Of a DNA stretch of 64,000 bases, positions 1 to 12,308 are shown in pieces. This DNA comes from Callorhinchus milii (Eukaryota): assembly GCF_018977255.1 (NCBI RefSeq), contig NW_024704742.1:51152001-51216000 (forward strand), in the 5' to 3' direction. The first letter of the stretch is position 1, and every line of letters begins with the position of its first letter. Made by a program: the position numbers and the translations under genes. Below the pieces are notes generated by a model. It was not told the DNA's origin, searched no databases, and was given only the letters and a program-made list of their open reading frames with translations.

Positions 1-935
1 AAGTTAATACATCTAAATTCGCGGATGACACAAAACTAGGAGGAAGTGTCAACACAGAGGACAACATTAAAAAAATGCAGCGAGATATAGATAGGTTAGG
101 TGATTGGGCAGGTAGGTGGCAGATGAAGTATAATGTAGGGAAGTGCGAAGTCATCCACCTCGGTAGCAAAAACAGTAGAGAGGGTTTTTTGTCTAGAAGG
201 GGAGAGGTTGGAATGTGTTGGCGTCCAGAGGGACTTGGGTGTCCTTGTACACCAATCACAGAAAGTTAGTCTGCAGGTGCAGCAGCAATTAGGAAGGCGA
301 ACGGTATGTTAGCATTCATTATGAAAGGATTAGAGTATAAGAGTAGGGAAGTCTTGCTGCAACTGTATAGGGCCCTGGTGAGACCACACCTGGAATACTG
401 TGTGCAGTTTTGGTCTCCTCATTTAAGGAAGGATGTACTTGCCTTGGAGGGGGTGGCAGCGTAGACTTACTAGATTAGTGCCAGGGATGAAGGGGATGAG
501 TTACGAGGATAGGCTGACCAATTTGGGCCTATATTCTCTAGAATATAGAAGAATTAGAGGGGATCTTATAGAAACCTATAAGATCATCAAAGGGCATGAT
601 AGAGTAGATAGTGGGAGATTGTTTCCCCTGGTTGGAGAAACTAAAACCAGGGGTCACAACCTTAAAATCAGAGGTCAGCCCTTTCGTACTGATTTGAGGA
701 AGAAATTCTTCACTCAAAGGGTGGTGAATGTATGGAACTCACTACTCCAAAGGGCTGTTGACTCTCATTCCTTGAACATATTCAAGACTGAGATAGATAA
801 TTTTTTATTGCAAAAGGGATTGAGGCATATGGGGATAAGGCAGGGTCCGGTTATTAACTGGAGTTAGATTAGAAGATCAGCCATGATTGAATGGTGGGGC
901 AGGCTCGAAGGGCCGAATGGCCTACTCCTGCAATG
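1..935 (+). mobile_element. CR1-clade LINE, decayed 3' part of ORF2 (RT C-terminus) and 3' end
   Basis: KFADDTKLGG motif at window start, MQRDIDRLGDWAGRWQMKYNVGKC, RPHLEYCVQFWSP, GLYSLEYRRIRGDLIETYKI, KTRGHNLK, FFTQRVVNVWNSL, with frameshifts; CR1-type terminus ggctcgaagggccgaatggcctactcctg at ~902-930. Confidence 0.92.
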
Positions 936-1471
936 TTATGCTTTGTTTTCTGGTCCACGACCCTTCATCAGAACTGAACACACATGTTCAATTGTTTTAG
1001 CTATTATTAAAGGAATTGAATGCTATCTAAAAATGTTAATGTAAAACAACTCCCTTCGTAAAAATTACAGACTTTGAAACTTTTTATTTTATATATTTAG
1101 AATTAAGAGAATGAATACTAAAATCCATCTGAATCACCTTCCTCCATCATTCAGCCCTCAAGTTAGCTGATAAAACAGTGAACTGATGCTATAGGCACAC
1201 TCTATAGGCCTGTAGGCTCAATCCATTCCTCAGAAATACAGATTTGGTGGGAAACACGGCTGGTATTACATTTAATTTTTTAAAAAAAGTATTTTATATT
1301 AAGAAACACAGCTCATTTAATGACATTTAAAACAAGAGTTGCAAAACTTATATGTTAATATTTTTCCAAGCTGTGAAACATTTAATATATATTTATAAAT
1401 ATGTAATATTTGTTTTTTGGCAATATTGTTATTAACGTTGCAAGTGGAGAATCTAATGAGAACCCACGTAC

Positions 1472-1731
1472 TTTTGCTGTCATATACATCAGGTTGTTTA
1501 GCACCATGGTGGTAGCCTGGGGTGATCCCCAGCCTTCTCCTTTTAGCCAGCGCCTGCTGTTCGTCATCATCTCTCTGTCCTTCAAGTAACCTTCATCAGA
1601 TTCATCCATCCTCCTGGCTGAAGACAGTGGTTTGAAATCTACCAGTTCAATATTATTCATCCAGGGTAGAAGGTAATGCAGCATCACTTGCCGACCAGCA
1701 GGGTGTGCTGTTTGGATTCTGTGACTGATTT
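1472..1731 (-). CDS. FRYL: FRYL coding exon (EISHRIQTAHPAGRQVMLHYLLPW...NNLMYMTAK)
   Basis: cag acceptor, gtacgt donor, 260 nt, phase 1->0. Confidence 0.93.
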
Positions 1732-2093
1732 CTGCAAAGGTTAAAAACAGAATATTGCTTCAGTGTGATATAAAATCACATCACATCTTGCGAAAAAAAT
1801 TTGTATCATCGCCAAGATTGCATTTACAAATAAAAGGTTTCGGGTAACAACCTATAATTTGTGTGAAGCGATATCATGCAAGGACTGACCAATCGGATTG
1901 TTTCCCTACAATTTCTGAATCCTTTTACATGTTTATTTTATACTCTACATATTTTATTACCAAAAACAATGCCAGGCTGGAAGACCATACTAGCTGGAAC
2001 AACAACAACAACAACAAGATTCCATTTATAGAGCGCCTTTCACGTCAGGAGGACGTCCCAAGGCGCTGCACAGTTGGGTCATGACCCGAGCAG

Positions 2094-2183
2094 GGGGGAA
2101 ATGGTCAGGGTGAGGGGAGGGAAGGGAGGGAGAGAGGAGGGGGAAATGGTCAGGGTGAGGGGAGGGAAGGGAGGGAGCGAGGA
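2094..2183. repeat. 45-bp tandem duplication in the L2 3' UTR
   Basis: gggggaaatggtcagggtgaggggagggaagggagggag(a/c)gagga x2, one mismatch. Confidence 0.9.
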
Positions 2184-2219
2184 GGGGGTAGAGAGTCGAG
2201 AGGGGAGCTGAAGGCACGG

Positions 2220-5201
2220 TCAAAGAGAAAGGTTTTGAGACCGGCCTTGAAGGAGGAGAGGGAGGAGGCGGCGAAGGCACTGGGGGATGGAGTTCCAGAG
2301 CCTCGGGGCTGAGAGGCTGAAGGCCCGACCACCGATAGTAGGGCGGTTGGGGCGGGGGACGTGGAGCAGACCGGAGCCAGAGGAACGGAGGGTACGGGCA
2401 GGTAGGTAGGGGGATAGTAGGTTGGAGAGGTAGGAGGGAGCAAGGCCGTGAATGGCCTTGTAGGTGAGGATGAGGATCTTGAATTCAATCCTCTGGGGGA
2501 TGGGGAGCCAGTGGAGGCGAGCGAGGGTGGGAGTGATGTGGTCCCGAAGCCTGGTGCGGGACAGTACACGAGCTGCAGAGTTCTGAATGACCTGCAGCTT
2601 GTGGAGGGAGGTGGCGGGAAGGCCGGCGAGGAGAGAGTTCCCATAGTCCAGCCTTGAGGTGACAAAGGCGTGAACCAGGGTTTCAGCAGCGTGAGGGGTG
2701 AGGTAGTGCCGTAATCTGGCGATATTCCGGAGGTGATGGAAGGCGGTGCCAGTTGTGGTGCGGATGTGAGGGAGAAAGGACAGCTCAGGGTCGAACAAAA
2801 CGCCGAGGTTCCTGACTGGCTTTGAGAGGTGGAGAGTGCAGCCTTGGATGCTGATGGTGTCAGCGCCTGAGGTGCGGAGGCGCTGACGTGAGCCAATCAG
2901 GAGGGCCTCGGTTTTTCGCACGTTGAGCTGAAGAAAGTTGTCTCTCGTCCAGGACTCGATGTCGGACAGGCAGGCTGTCAGGACATCGGTGGTCGTGGAG
3001 TTGAGAGTAGAGGAGGAAAGGTAGAGTTGGGTGTCATCCGCATACATGTGGAAGTTAACCCCATGTTTGCGGATGATGTCACCGAGGGGGAGCATATAGA
3101 GGGTGAAGAGGAGGGGACCGAGGACAGAGCCCTGAGGGACACCACATGAGACAGTACGGGGGGTGGAGGAGAAGCCATTCGTTGAGACGAAGTGAAGACG
3201 GTGGGAAAGGTAAGAGCTAAACCATTCAAGGACAGTGCCTTGAAGGTTGAGGTGGGAGGACAAGCGGTGGAGTAGGATAGCGTGGTCGACCGTATCGAAT
3301 GCTGCCGATAGGTCGAGGAGGACGAGGAGACAGAGGGAGCCCTGGTCACAGATGGTCAGGATATCATTGGTGACCTTGACCAGGGCAGTTTCTGTGCTAT
3401 GAGCAGCACGGAAACCTGACTGAAGGGGTTCAAAAAGAGAATGGGTGGAGAGGAAAGAGCGCAGTTGGGAGGCGACAACTCTTTCCAAGACCTTGGAGAG
3501 AAAGGGGAGGTTGGAGATGGGCCGGTAGCTTGATAGCTGCGACGCATCAAGGGAGGGTTTTTTCAGGGTGGGCGTGATGATGGCAGTTTTTAATGGAATG
3601 GGGACAGAGCCAGAGGAGAGGGACAGGTTTATGATGTCAGTGATGTGTGGGGCAAGAAAATGGAGCTGGGAGATAAGGAGTGGAGTGGGGATGGGGTCAA
3701 GGGAGCAGGTGGTTGGTTTTAGGGATAGGATGAGTTCAGTGACAGAGGGTGGGGAAACGGGTACGAAGGTGTGTAGGGGAGGATGGGTAGGAGTCGGAGT
3801 GTGGGAGGGAAGGGGTGGGTGGTGGGTGGAAGTTGGAGGGGAAGTGACCGCGGAGCGGATTCCCTTGATCTTGGATTCAAGGAAATCCAGCATCTCCTCG
3901 CAGTGAAGGTTGGAGGAGATGACCTGCGCGGGGTGGCGGGGGGGACGGAGGAGTCGGGATGTGGTGGAAAACAGTAGCCTGGGGTTGTTCTTCGCCTCCA
4001 GGATTATCCTGGAGTAGAAGGACGACTTGGCCGAGGCTAGAGTGGAGCGGTAAATTTTGAGGAGGTCCAGCCAGATTTGTCGGTGGACCGTTAAGCCGGA
4101 TTTGACAAAGGTGCGCTCAGCAGCCCGCACCTGGCATTTCAGTGAGCGGAGGTGGGTGGTGTACCAGGGGGAGGAGCGGGAGTAGGAGACAGTGCGGGAA
4201 GTGATGGGGGCAAGAGTATCGAGTGTGGAGGAGAGGATATTGTGGAGGAGGGAGAGAGGAGAAGAGGGGTCGGTGAGGGTTGAAGGCCAGAGGGAGAGGA
4301 GTTCAGAGGACTCCAAGGCATCGGTTAGGGATTGTGGGGGTAACTTCTTCCAAGGGCGGTAGAAGATGGTGGTGGGTCTGGTGGAGGTGGGGAGGGGGGT
4401 GGAGGTGGTGAAGGAGATGAAGTAGTGGTCGGAGATGGCCTTGTCGGTAATAGTGACATCCGAGACACTGAGGCCCCGGGTGATCACCAAATCGAGTGGG
4501 TGGCCGTGACTGTGAGTGGGGGAGTTTATGTGTAGGGAAAGGTTGAGTGAGGAGAGCAGGGAAGAGAAGTCTGTGGAGATGGAGCAGGAGGGGGTGAAGT
4601 GTAGGTTAAAGTCGCCCAGGATGATGAGGCGATCAGAGGAGAGGCAAAGAGATGTGAGGAGTGTTGAAATGTCAGAGATGAAGGTGGGAGAGGTTTTAGG
4701 GGGCCGGTAGAGGAGGAGGATTTTAAGGGAGAGGAATGAGGGGTGGGAGAGGGTGAGGTGCTCGAAGGAGGGGAAAGAGCCAGAGGAGTAGGGGGATAGG
4801 GCAAGTGGTGTCCTTGAGATAAGGGCAACACCACCGCCACGGCGGTTGGGGCGGGGGATGTGGTGGGAGGTGTAGCCGGGTGGCGTGGCCTCCGTGAGGG
4901 GGAAGGTGTCGCCTGGGGTGAGCCACGTTTCTGTCAAGGCCATGATATCAACGTTCTCATCAAGGATGAGATCGTTGATGACCAGGGCCTTGTTGCAGAG
5001 GGAGCGGACATTTTGCAGTCCGATGTGGAGGGAGCGGTTGACAGAAGGGTGTGTGGGAGGGGAGGGGGGTCCAGGTTGTGAGGCAGGGGTGGGGGAATGG
5101 GGATGAGGGAGGAGAGGTTGACTCCCCGGGTCTGTGTCCGGGGTGGCTGGCGAGTGTGGTGGGGAATGGGGCAGTCGGTGTGGCTGCTGCTGGACAGCCA
5201 A
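2220..5201 (-). CDS. L2 ORF2: APE endonuclease + reverse transcriptase (993 aa, TTG start, last ~15 codons frameshifted)
   Basis: EN motifs QNVRSL, LTETWL, GGGVALI, LYRPP, LGDFN, HPLDLV, SDHY; RT motifs [52 protein letters not shown]2-type C-terminus [15 protein letters not shown]. Confidence 0.93.
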   Translation of the reverse strand: MAVQQQPHRLPHSPPHSPATPDTDPGSQPLLPHPHSPTPASQPGPPSPPTHPSVNRSLHIGLQNVRSLCNKALVINDLILDENVDIMALTETWLTPGDTFPLTEATPPGYTSHHIPRPNRRGGGVALISRTPLALSPYSSGSFPSFEHLTLSHPSFLSLKILLLYRPPKTSPTFISDISTLLTSLCLSSDRLIILGDFNLHFTPSCSISTDFSSLLSSLNLSLHINSPTHSHGHPLDLVITRGLSVSDVTITDKAISDHYFISFTTSTPLPTSTRPTTIFYRPWKKLPPQSLTDALESSELLSLWPSTLTDPSSPLSLLHNILSSTLDTLAPITSRTVSYSRSSPWYTTHLRSLKCQVRAAERTFVKSGLTVHRQIWLDLLKIYRSTLASAKSSFYSRIILEAKNNPRLLFSTTSRLLRPPRHPAQVISSNLHCEEMLDFLESKIKGIRSAVTSPPTSTHHPPLPSHTPTPTHPPLHTFVPVSPPSVTELILSLKPTTCSLDPIPTPLLISQLHFLAPHITDIINLSLSSGSVPIPLKTAIITPTLKKPSLDASQLSSYRPISNLPFLSKVLERVVASQLRSFLSTHSLFEPLQSGFRAAHSTETALVKVTNDILTICDQGSLCLLVLLDLSAAFDTVDHAILLHRLSSHLNLQGTVLEWFSSYLSHRLHFVSTNGFSSTPRTVSCGVPQGSVLGPLLFTLYMLPLGDIIRKHGVNFHMYADDTQLYLSSSTLNSTTTDVLTACLSDIESWTRDNFLQLNVRKTEALLIGSRQRLRTSGADTISIQGCTLHLSKPVRNLGVLFDPELSFLPHIRTTTGTAFHHLRNIARLRHYLTPHAAETLVHAFVTSRLDYGNSLLAGLPATSLHKLQVIQNSAARVLSRTRLRDHITPTLARLHWLPIPQRIEFKILILTYKAIHGLAPSYLSNLLSPYLPARTLRSSGSGLLHVPRPNRPTIGGRAFSLSAPRLWNSIPQCLRRLLPLLLQGRSQNLSL

Positions 5202-5687
5202 CGCCGAGTGCCGCGGTGAGCCCGGCGGAGGATTCCCAGACTGGAACAGAGGGAGGTTGTGGGAGGGTCAAGTGGGGATAGAAGACGAGAGGGACGGAGA
5301 GAGAGGAGGAGAGAGCGGGAGAGATGGAGAGGGGGAGGGTTTGGGGGGAGAGAGGAGGGGGGAGGGAGGGAGGGGGTGAGGGGGCTCGGGTCAAAGCGGC
5401 AGCCATAGTGCGCACGCGGGGACCGGGAGCGAGCGGTCAGGTGGATGGCATTATCCCGCTCCAAGAATGGAAGGCTCCAAGAATAATATACAAATCTTAA
5501 AACAGATTTAAAAGTTCGACAAGTCAGATTTGCATGCTCGTTATCCAGGAATAACAACAAAATTACATTTGTATAGTGCCTTTCAAGTCAGGAGAATGCC
5601 CAATCAGCAAGGAAAACTGTATATGAAGGAAAGGTCTTGTATATGTAACCAAATATTTCCATGGAAGCTAATGAGAAATACACTTTA

Positions 5688-5900
<213 letters not shown>

Positions 5901-6902
5901 TTAGAAAAAACTGCAATATAAACAATCTGTAATTTGAATGAACTTCAGTGTGCAAATGATTTCTTAAAGTCAAAACCTAATTTGGATTGTGCACATTTGA
6001 AAAAAATTACCTTTTTCCAAATATGCACTCATATCACCAATTAGGTTATAAAAGCAATTGGCAATTTATAAGGGGCTCATATTTTTCACTGAGCGTTAAA
6101 GAATATTGAAAAAGGATATTTATAGATAACAGAAGTACACTCCCAATCAATAGACTGCAAGATTTGTTAAGCAAACATTGGTCAATTTTTCATCAACCAT
6201 TATCATTTTTCAGAAATATTACTAGAGCACTGAACTTGTTAAAAAGGTTAAACAATTCCTCTGTAAGTCATTGAAATTATTAAAGTGCTTTGTTTGCACT
6301 TTGTTTTGGATGCTGTGGTTATTTTACTGACTCGTTTCAAAATAAATCCGTCGGTGGTACATTGTGCTGTAGTAATGTAGTCAGCACAATATCGCTTTGG
6401 AATCCCTAAATGGTATGTCCATTCTGGATTCACCAGTTTCAGATTGTGAGTTAGGCACTGAATTTATGTTGCTACTAGTTCTATTTCAATGCGATATTCA
6501 AATTATAGTTACAACATGAGACAGAAATCATTAGCGGCAAGTGCTGGAAAAGAGGATTCCACATGGATGAAGCAGAGGTATGAGATTGAAACATATTACT
6601 GGGTCATTATAGAGAGATTACAACTGCATTTAACATGAGCTTTCCCTGATTTGAGGCTATGATGCAGGAAGAGAGAAAAAAAATGGTTAATTCCTCTGCC
6701 CTTCACACTAAAGAGCACATAATTCACTAACTCCATTAACAAAGTGTAATACTTTAATACTTTAAACTTCAAATTGGCTTGGTGCTGCATCTACACTATT
6801 TGAAAAGCATCACTGAGGAAATTCTTTGTAACAAGGTTAATCCTGTTATATGGAAAGCAAAATAAAAAAGAAACATTTTAAAGTTATTAAAGCAAGAATA
6901 GC

Positions 6903-7195
6903 AATAATAATCCTGGCATTTGATATAGCACTGTATCACGTGTTCAAGATGGCTCAAAGCGCTTCAATGAATACACTGTAAAGTTAATGGACTGTATATT
7001 TTGTGGGCGAAACGCAGTAGCCAATCGTGCATAGCTGTGTTCCACAAACAGTCTTGGACTGAGTGACCAAATTATTATTATTATTTTTTTGAAGGGATTA
7101 TTACCCCCAGAAAAGCGATCTGCCAATCGATTAACAACTGGGTTCCTATTTATGTCTAGGTAAACAGAGGTGTATGGAATACAGAAACGTGCCCA
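6903..7195 (-). mobile_element. SINE family A copy lacking tRNA head
   Basis: Same body and (ATT)n tail as 10983-11296 and 58395-58672. Confidence 0.8.
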
Positions 7196-7429
7196 ATGTT
7201 TCGTTCTGCATCAATGTCAAGAACAAGAATCTTGGGTGTAAGGCAGATAGTTCCAGTGCTAACCAAATTTGATAATTGTGCTTTATGTAATGTTTATGGA
7301 TCTATACATTTCTCAAACACTGACATTTCAGTGAATATTCAAATGTGCTTTAAAATAATTCCCTATGGCTTTGTAACTGAAAGCAAACATTCTGAGGGAT
7401 ATACAGTACATTCAATCCTCCAAGGATTA

Positions 7430-7576
<147 letters not shown>

Positions 7577-8026
7577 TTACAAATATTCATATTGTTATAT
7601 TTAGCGATATATATAAAAAAAACTTTTATTTAATCTTATGATTAATGTACATGAGGTGCACAAAAACAAAATCCGAAATAGTCAAATATCTTAGTTTACA
7701 AATACATGTGCCAGATTCTCTATACAACCATGGTAATTTAATGATAGCTTGAATGTACAGAATTGTTTTACTTCTATGCTCCACACTCGGCTGGAATTGT
7801 AAAAGGAGGAAATAAAACAAAGAGGACAATTTACATTTATTTAGTGCCTCCCACATCGCAGGATGTCTCAAAGTGCTTAACACAGCTGGCTGGGCACCTA
7901 AGATGGAGGTTGGGGCTGAAGATGATGGGGAGGGAAGAGATGACCAAATGTGCAGTAAAAGAGGTTGGTGATATTTCTGGTGTACAGCGAGCATGCTCAG
8001 GAGGCCTCCCGGAGTGTCAACGACTA

Positions 8027-8293
<267 letters not shown>

Positions 8294-8915
8294 TTATATG
8301 AGATTTTTATAAAACCATCCTGCCAATTAAAATCAGAATTAATTCAATTAAAATATTTTTCTCAATATTAACAGGATTTACCATTACTCTCTTGTCTCGT
8401 CATGAAAATAACTAATATCTTCAATGTACTTTATTAAGTAGCACACTTTAACTTATTTTTCAGTACAAAACGATATTATTCTGTATCTTTGCCATTATTT
8501 GGTTTTAATTCATTGATCTTGAATTCAAATATTTTAAATTCTAATATTTTTGAACTGTTTTACATTTAAGAAAATAAAGAACTTTTGGAATGCTTCTTGT
8601 CAAAACATCTTCAAGCATTTTACTATCATGTGACTTATTATAGCTAATATTTGTACCAATTAATCTAGAGGATTTTGAACACTGGGAGAAACTTCACTTT
8701 TCAAACAACATAACAGGATCTTAATCTCCAAAGTGAATAGGTACACAGGACTTCAATTTAATATCTTGACCAAAGAAAACACCTTTGACAGTGCAGCAGT
8801 TGCGAGTACTGTATTGGAGTTTTAGCTGTGAGCTCAAATCCCAACATGAGGCTTGAACCCATAACCTTCTGTGCAACCAATTGAGCCACGCTGAGTGCTG
8901 CCAACTGAGCCATGT

Positions 8916-8985
8916 ACAACAACAACAACAACAAGATTCCATTTATAGAGCGCCTTTCACGTCGGGAGGACGTCCCAAGGCGTTG
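8916..8985 (-). mobile_element. ~70-bp 3'-terminal fragment of the young L2 family
   Basis: Nearly identical to 1999-2068 including (AAC)n. Confidence 0.88.
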
Positions 8986-9866
8986 TAATCCACCACCTTC
9001 AATTATCTTAATTTCAAGAAATTAAATAAGGGTGTGGTTTATTACAAAAAGGAATTTAAACATCATAATAAGTTGGTAACCGTAAAATTAGAAGCAGCAT
9101 ACTAACACAAAATAAACAATCTAGTCGCTTTAATGTGCAAAGGGAGAAAATGAGAACAAATGAAGACAATTATCCAATGTTCCATTTATGAGGAAACTCC
9201 CACTAGAGACATGCTAATGAAACCAATGAAGCACATTAGATTCTGCTGGGAATGACACCAGCAACTGCACGGAGGAGTAAGATAAACACCCTCCTCACTC
9301 ACTACTAAGGCCTGATGGAATTGATTGAAAACTGTTAAAATTATTTTAGAACAAGGGCTCCATGGAAACTTCCAGCACCTCGCCTAAGGCAGCATTTTTC
9401 ATGTTTCACTGACTAGATTCTTCCTCCCTGACCCAAGAGAAATTGAAGCATCCCAACTACCTCTTCACAAATAATTCAAATAATTTGTGGGTGGACATGA
9501 ATAAGTTGACCTGTGTTTTTAAATTTACTACAGATAGATTTCCTTCAGAACCAACTGCAGTTTGTGGGAACTCGAGAGAACAAAGAACCTTTTTGTAATT
9601 AGTCAGTGGGAAATAGGTCAACATTTGCAATGTATTGAGCCAAATCTTCACATTAGTCCTATTTGTGTGTGGAAGTGTCACTGTGAAGCAGGGCATGCGT
9701 GTGTGGAGGAGCATTAATTCATCTGCTGTATTTTCCTGACCTGACTTCATATCCTATCTGTGCTGGTGCAATCTCATTAATAACAGAGACTGGACACGTA
9801 ATGAAAATGAATGATCTGGTGTAGACTAAAGGTGAAACTCACTGTTTAACCTACGTGACTCAGTTA

Positions 9867-10022
<156 letters not shown>

Positions 10023-10137
10023 TTAATAAATAAAATTTATGCTGTGGAAATAACATTCATTTGGAACACCATAATTTTTGGTTATATGAGCAGGATAAAC
10101 TAATAGGAATTATATTAGATATTTTGCTAAGAATTCT

Positions 10138-10194
10138 AATATATTAACTATGTCAAATAAGAAATGGATTCTTATTTGACATATTTAATATATT
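10138..10194. repeat. Intronic inverted repeat, 26-bp stem and 5-nt loop
   Basis: aatatattaactatgtcaaataagaa-atgga-ttcttatttgacatatttaatatatt, 25/26 paired. Confidence 0.9.
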
Positions 10195-10279
10195 TTCAAA
10201 TGGCAAAATGACACATTCAATAATAATATAATGAATAACTTCAACAAAACACCATGAGTTTTACAGTGAGCTATAATCA

Positions 10280-10474
<195 letters not shown>

Positions 10475-10982
10475 TCAGTGTCTGCTAGATACATTAAGCA
10501 TTGTAAAGTCTTAACACCTAAACCTGTAAACATTAAAACAATTTAAACAGAGTGTGATCTAATGCATAAATGATAAACACTTGGCAAAATCTACTTTCTC
10601 TACCTGAGGTCAGATATCAACACGGTAAATACTGGAGTTCAACTCTCAACACCCATATATAAAGGCTCAACTAGAACATATTAATCTCAATGGCCCATGG
10701 GGAATGCTCAATTCAAGTGAAAAAGTTCTCACAAACAAATAGCTGCAAAATCTCAGAAGCTTTCTTTTAAAATACTGTAATATATTTCAGGACAGAGGTT
10801 GACTGTTTAAATAAACTCAGTTCTTTTCCAGCTGCATGCCTGAATGTACAACCCTATGTTTTGTTGCTGTTTACTTTGACTGTAGTCAACTGATGGCAGC
10901 AGCGTGGGGTGAGGGAAGGTATAGTGTCATCTGTATAAAGCAGCAGCCTAGGGTTCAGTGAGAATGAATCTGGAGCTTTGCT

Positions 10983-11296
10983 TAATAATAATAATCCTTG
11001 CATTTGATATAGCGCTTTTCACGTCTTCTAGACGTCTCAAAGCGCTTCACAGAATAGACTATAAAGTGAATTGACTGTATATTTGCAGGCGAAATGCGGC
11101 AGCCAATTGTGCACAGCAGTGTCCCACAAACAGTCGTGGATTGAAATGACCATTTTTTAATATTATTGTTTTTTTGAGGGATTATCATCAGGCATGTGGA
11201 GTAAGGAAACTTGCCCAAGGTTTCACCCTGCCGGGAATCGAACCCAGGTCTCTCACTTGCAAAGCAAGTGCTCTAACCACTGAGCTACAGGGCTCC
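10983..11296 (-). mobile_element. tRNA-Ala(TGC)-derived SINE (family A) with L2-type tail
   Basis: Head GGAGCCCTGTAGCTCAGTGGTTAGAGCACTTGCTTTGCAAGTGAGAGACCTGGGTTCGATTCCCGGCA with Pol III boxes A and B; Deu-like segment ctgtttgtgggacactgctgtgcacaattggctgccgcatttc; stem-loop + (ATT)n. Confidence 0.88.
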
Positions 11297-12083
11297 ACAA
11301 TTAATTAATTAAATTTGGGAATGGAGACTATCTATGGTTACTTTTATTTAGGAAATTAAATACATTAAGTACATCGAACAGAGTCCTTGATGGTAGATTA
11401 TACTTGGTTTGTGGACGAGGCTTTCATACTTTTGAAATAGGTCTACATCTTCAAATCGCCATAATAACTGTGAATGAAATAGTTAATGTGCACCAGAAGT
11501 GCAAACACTGCACAATATTAATGGAATGTGTAGCAAAAAGTAACAGCTGCTTCAGTGGCAATGCTTGGCTTCGACTACAAATAACAGCCTTGGCATTCGT
11601 TAGTTTGGCTTCGTATGATAGATTGACTGAGTTTAGGATTTTTTGAGATTTAGTAATAAGAACACTGCCTCAGTGAAATCAAAAATTGCAGTTAATGCTA
11701 CTCCAAACTCAGCTACAATTTATAAAACATAAGGTTTTAAAAAGTTTAAAAAGGTTGTGATAGCCACCGAAAAGCAGCATGAATCTGCAGAAATAACACA
11801 ACAAAATACACAATAAAATAATCTGCAGAATAAAATACACCCACAAAAGTTAATCCACTTTCTAATATATCCTGTGAAGTTCTTTGAGATGTCTCAATGA
11901 CGTGATAGGGCACTATGTCAAATGCAAGGAATATTCTTATTATGTTTGGTTACTTTTTCCAATTTCCAAACCTTGTTGTTGTCCATTGTATAACATCTGA
12001 ATCATGTATCTGATATAATGCGTTCCTACACTCAAGCACAATTATCCTCATGTAATTAGTAGCTAATTCATTCAATATTTTTA

Positions 12084-12308
<225 letters not shown>

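Larger units (their letters stand above)
1999..5460 (-). mobile_element. L2-clade LINE, young and near full-length for ORF2, same orientation as FRYL
   Basis: GC-rich block in AT-rich intron; EN-RT ORF; 3' stem-loop agcgccttgggacgtcctcctgacgtgaaaggcgct followed by (GTT)n tail; 5' boundary approximate. Confidence 0.93.

Noticed and set aside
2026..5560. Many overlapping 60-250 aa ORFs on both strands
   Set aside because: Alternative frames of the C-rich/G-rich L2 sequence; low complexity, no domains.
11225..11296. Possible tRNA-Ala(TGC) gene on the minus strand
   Set aside because: No proper acceptor stem or oligo-T terminator; it continues into a SINE body and has a second copy at 15229, so it is a SINE head.
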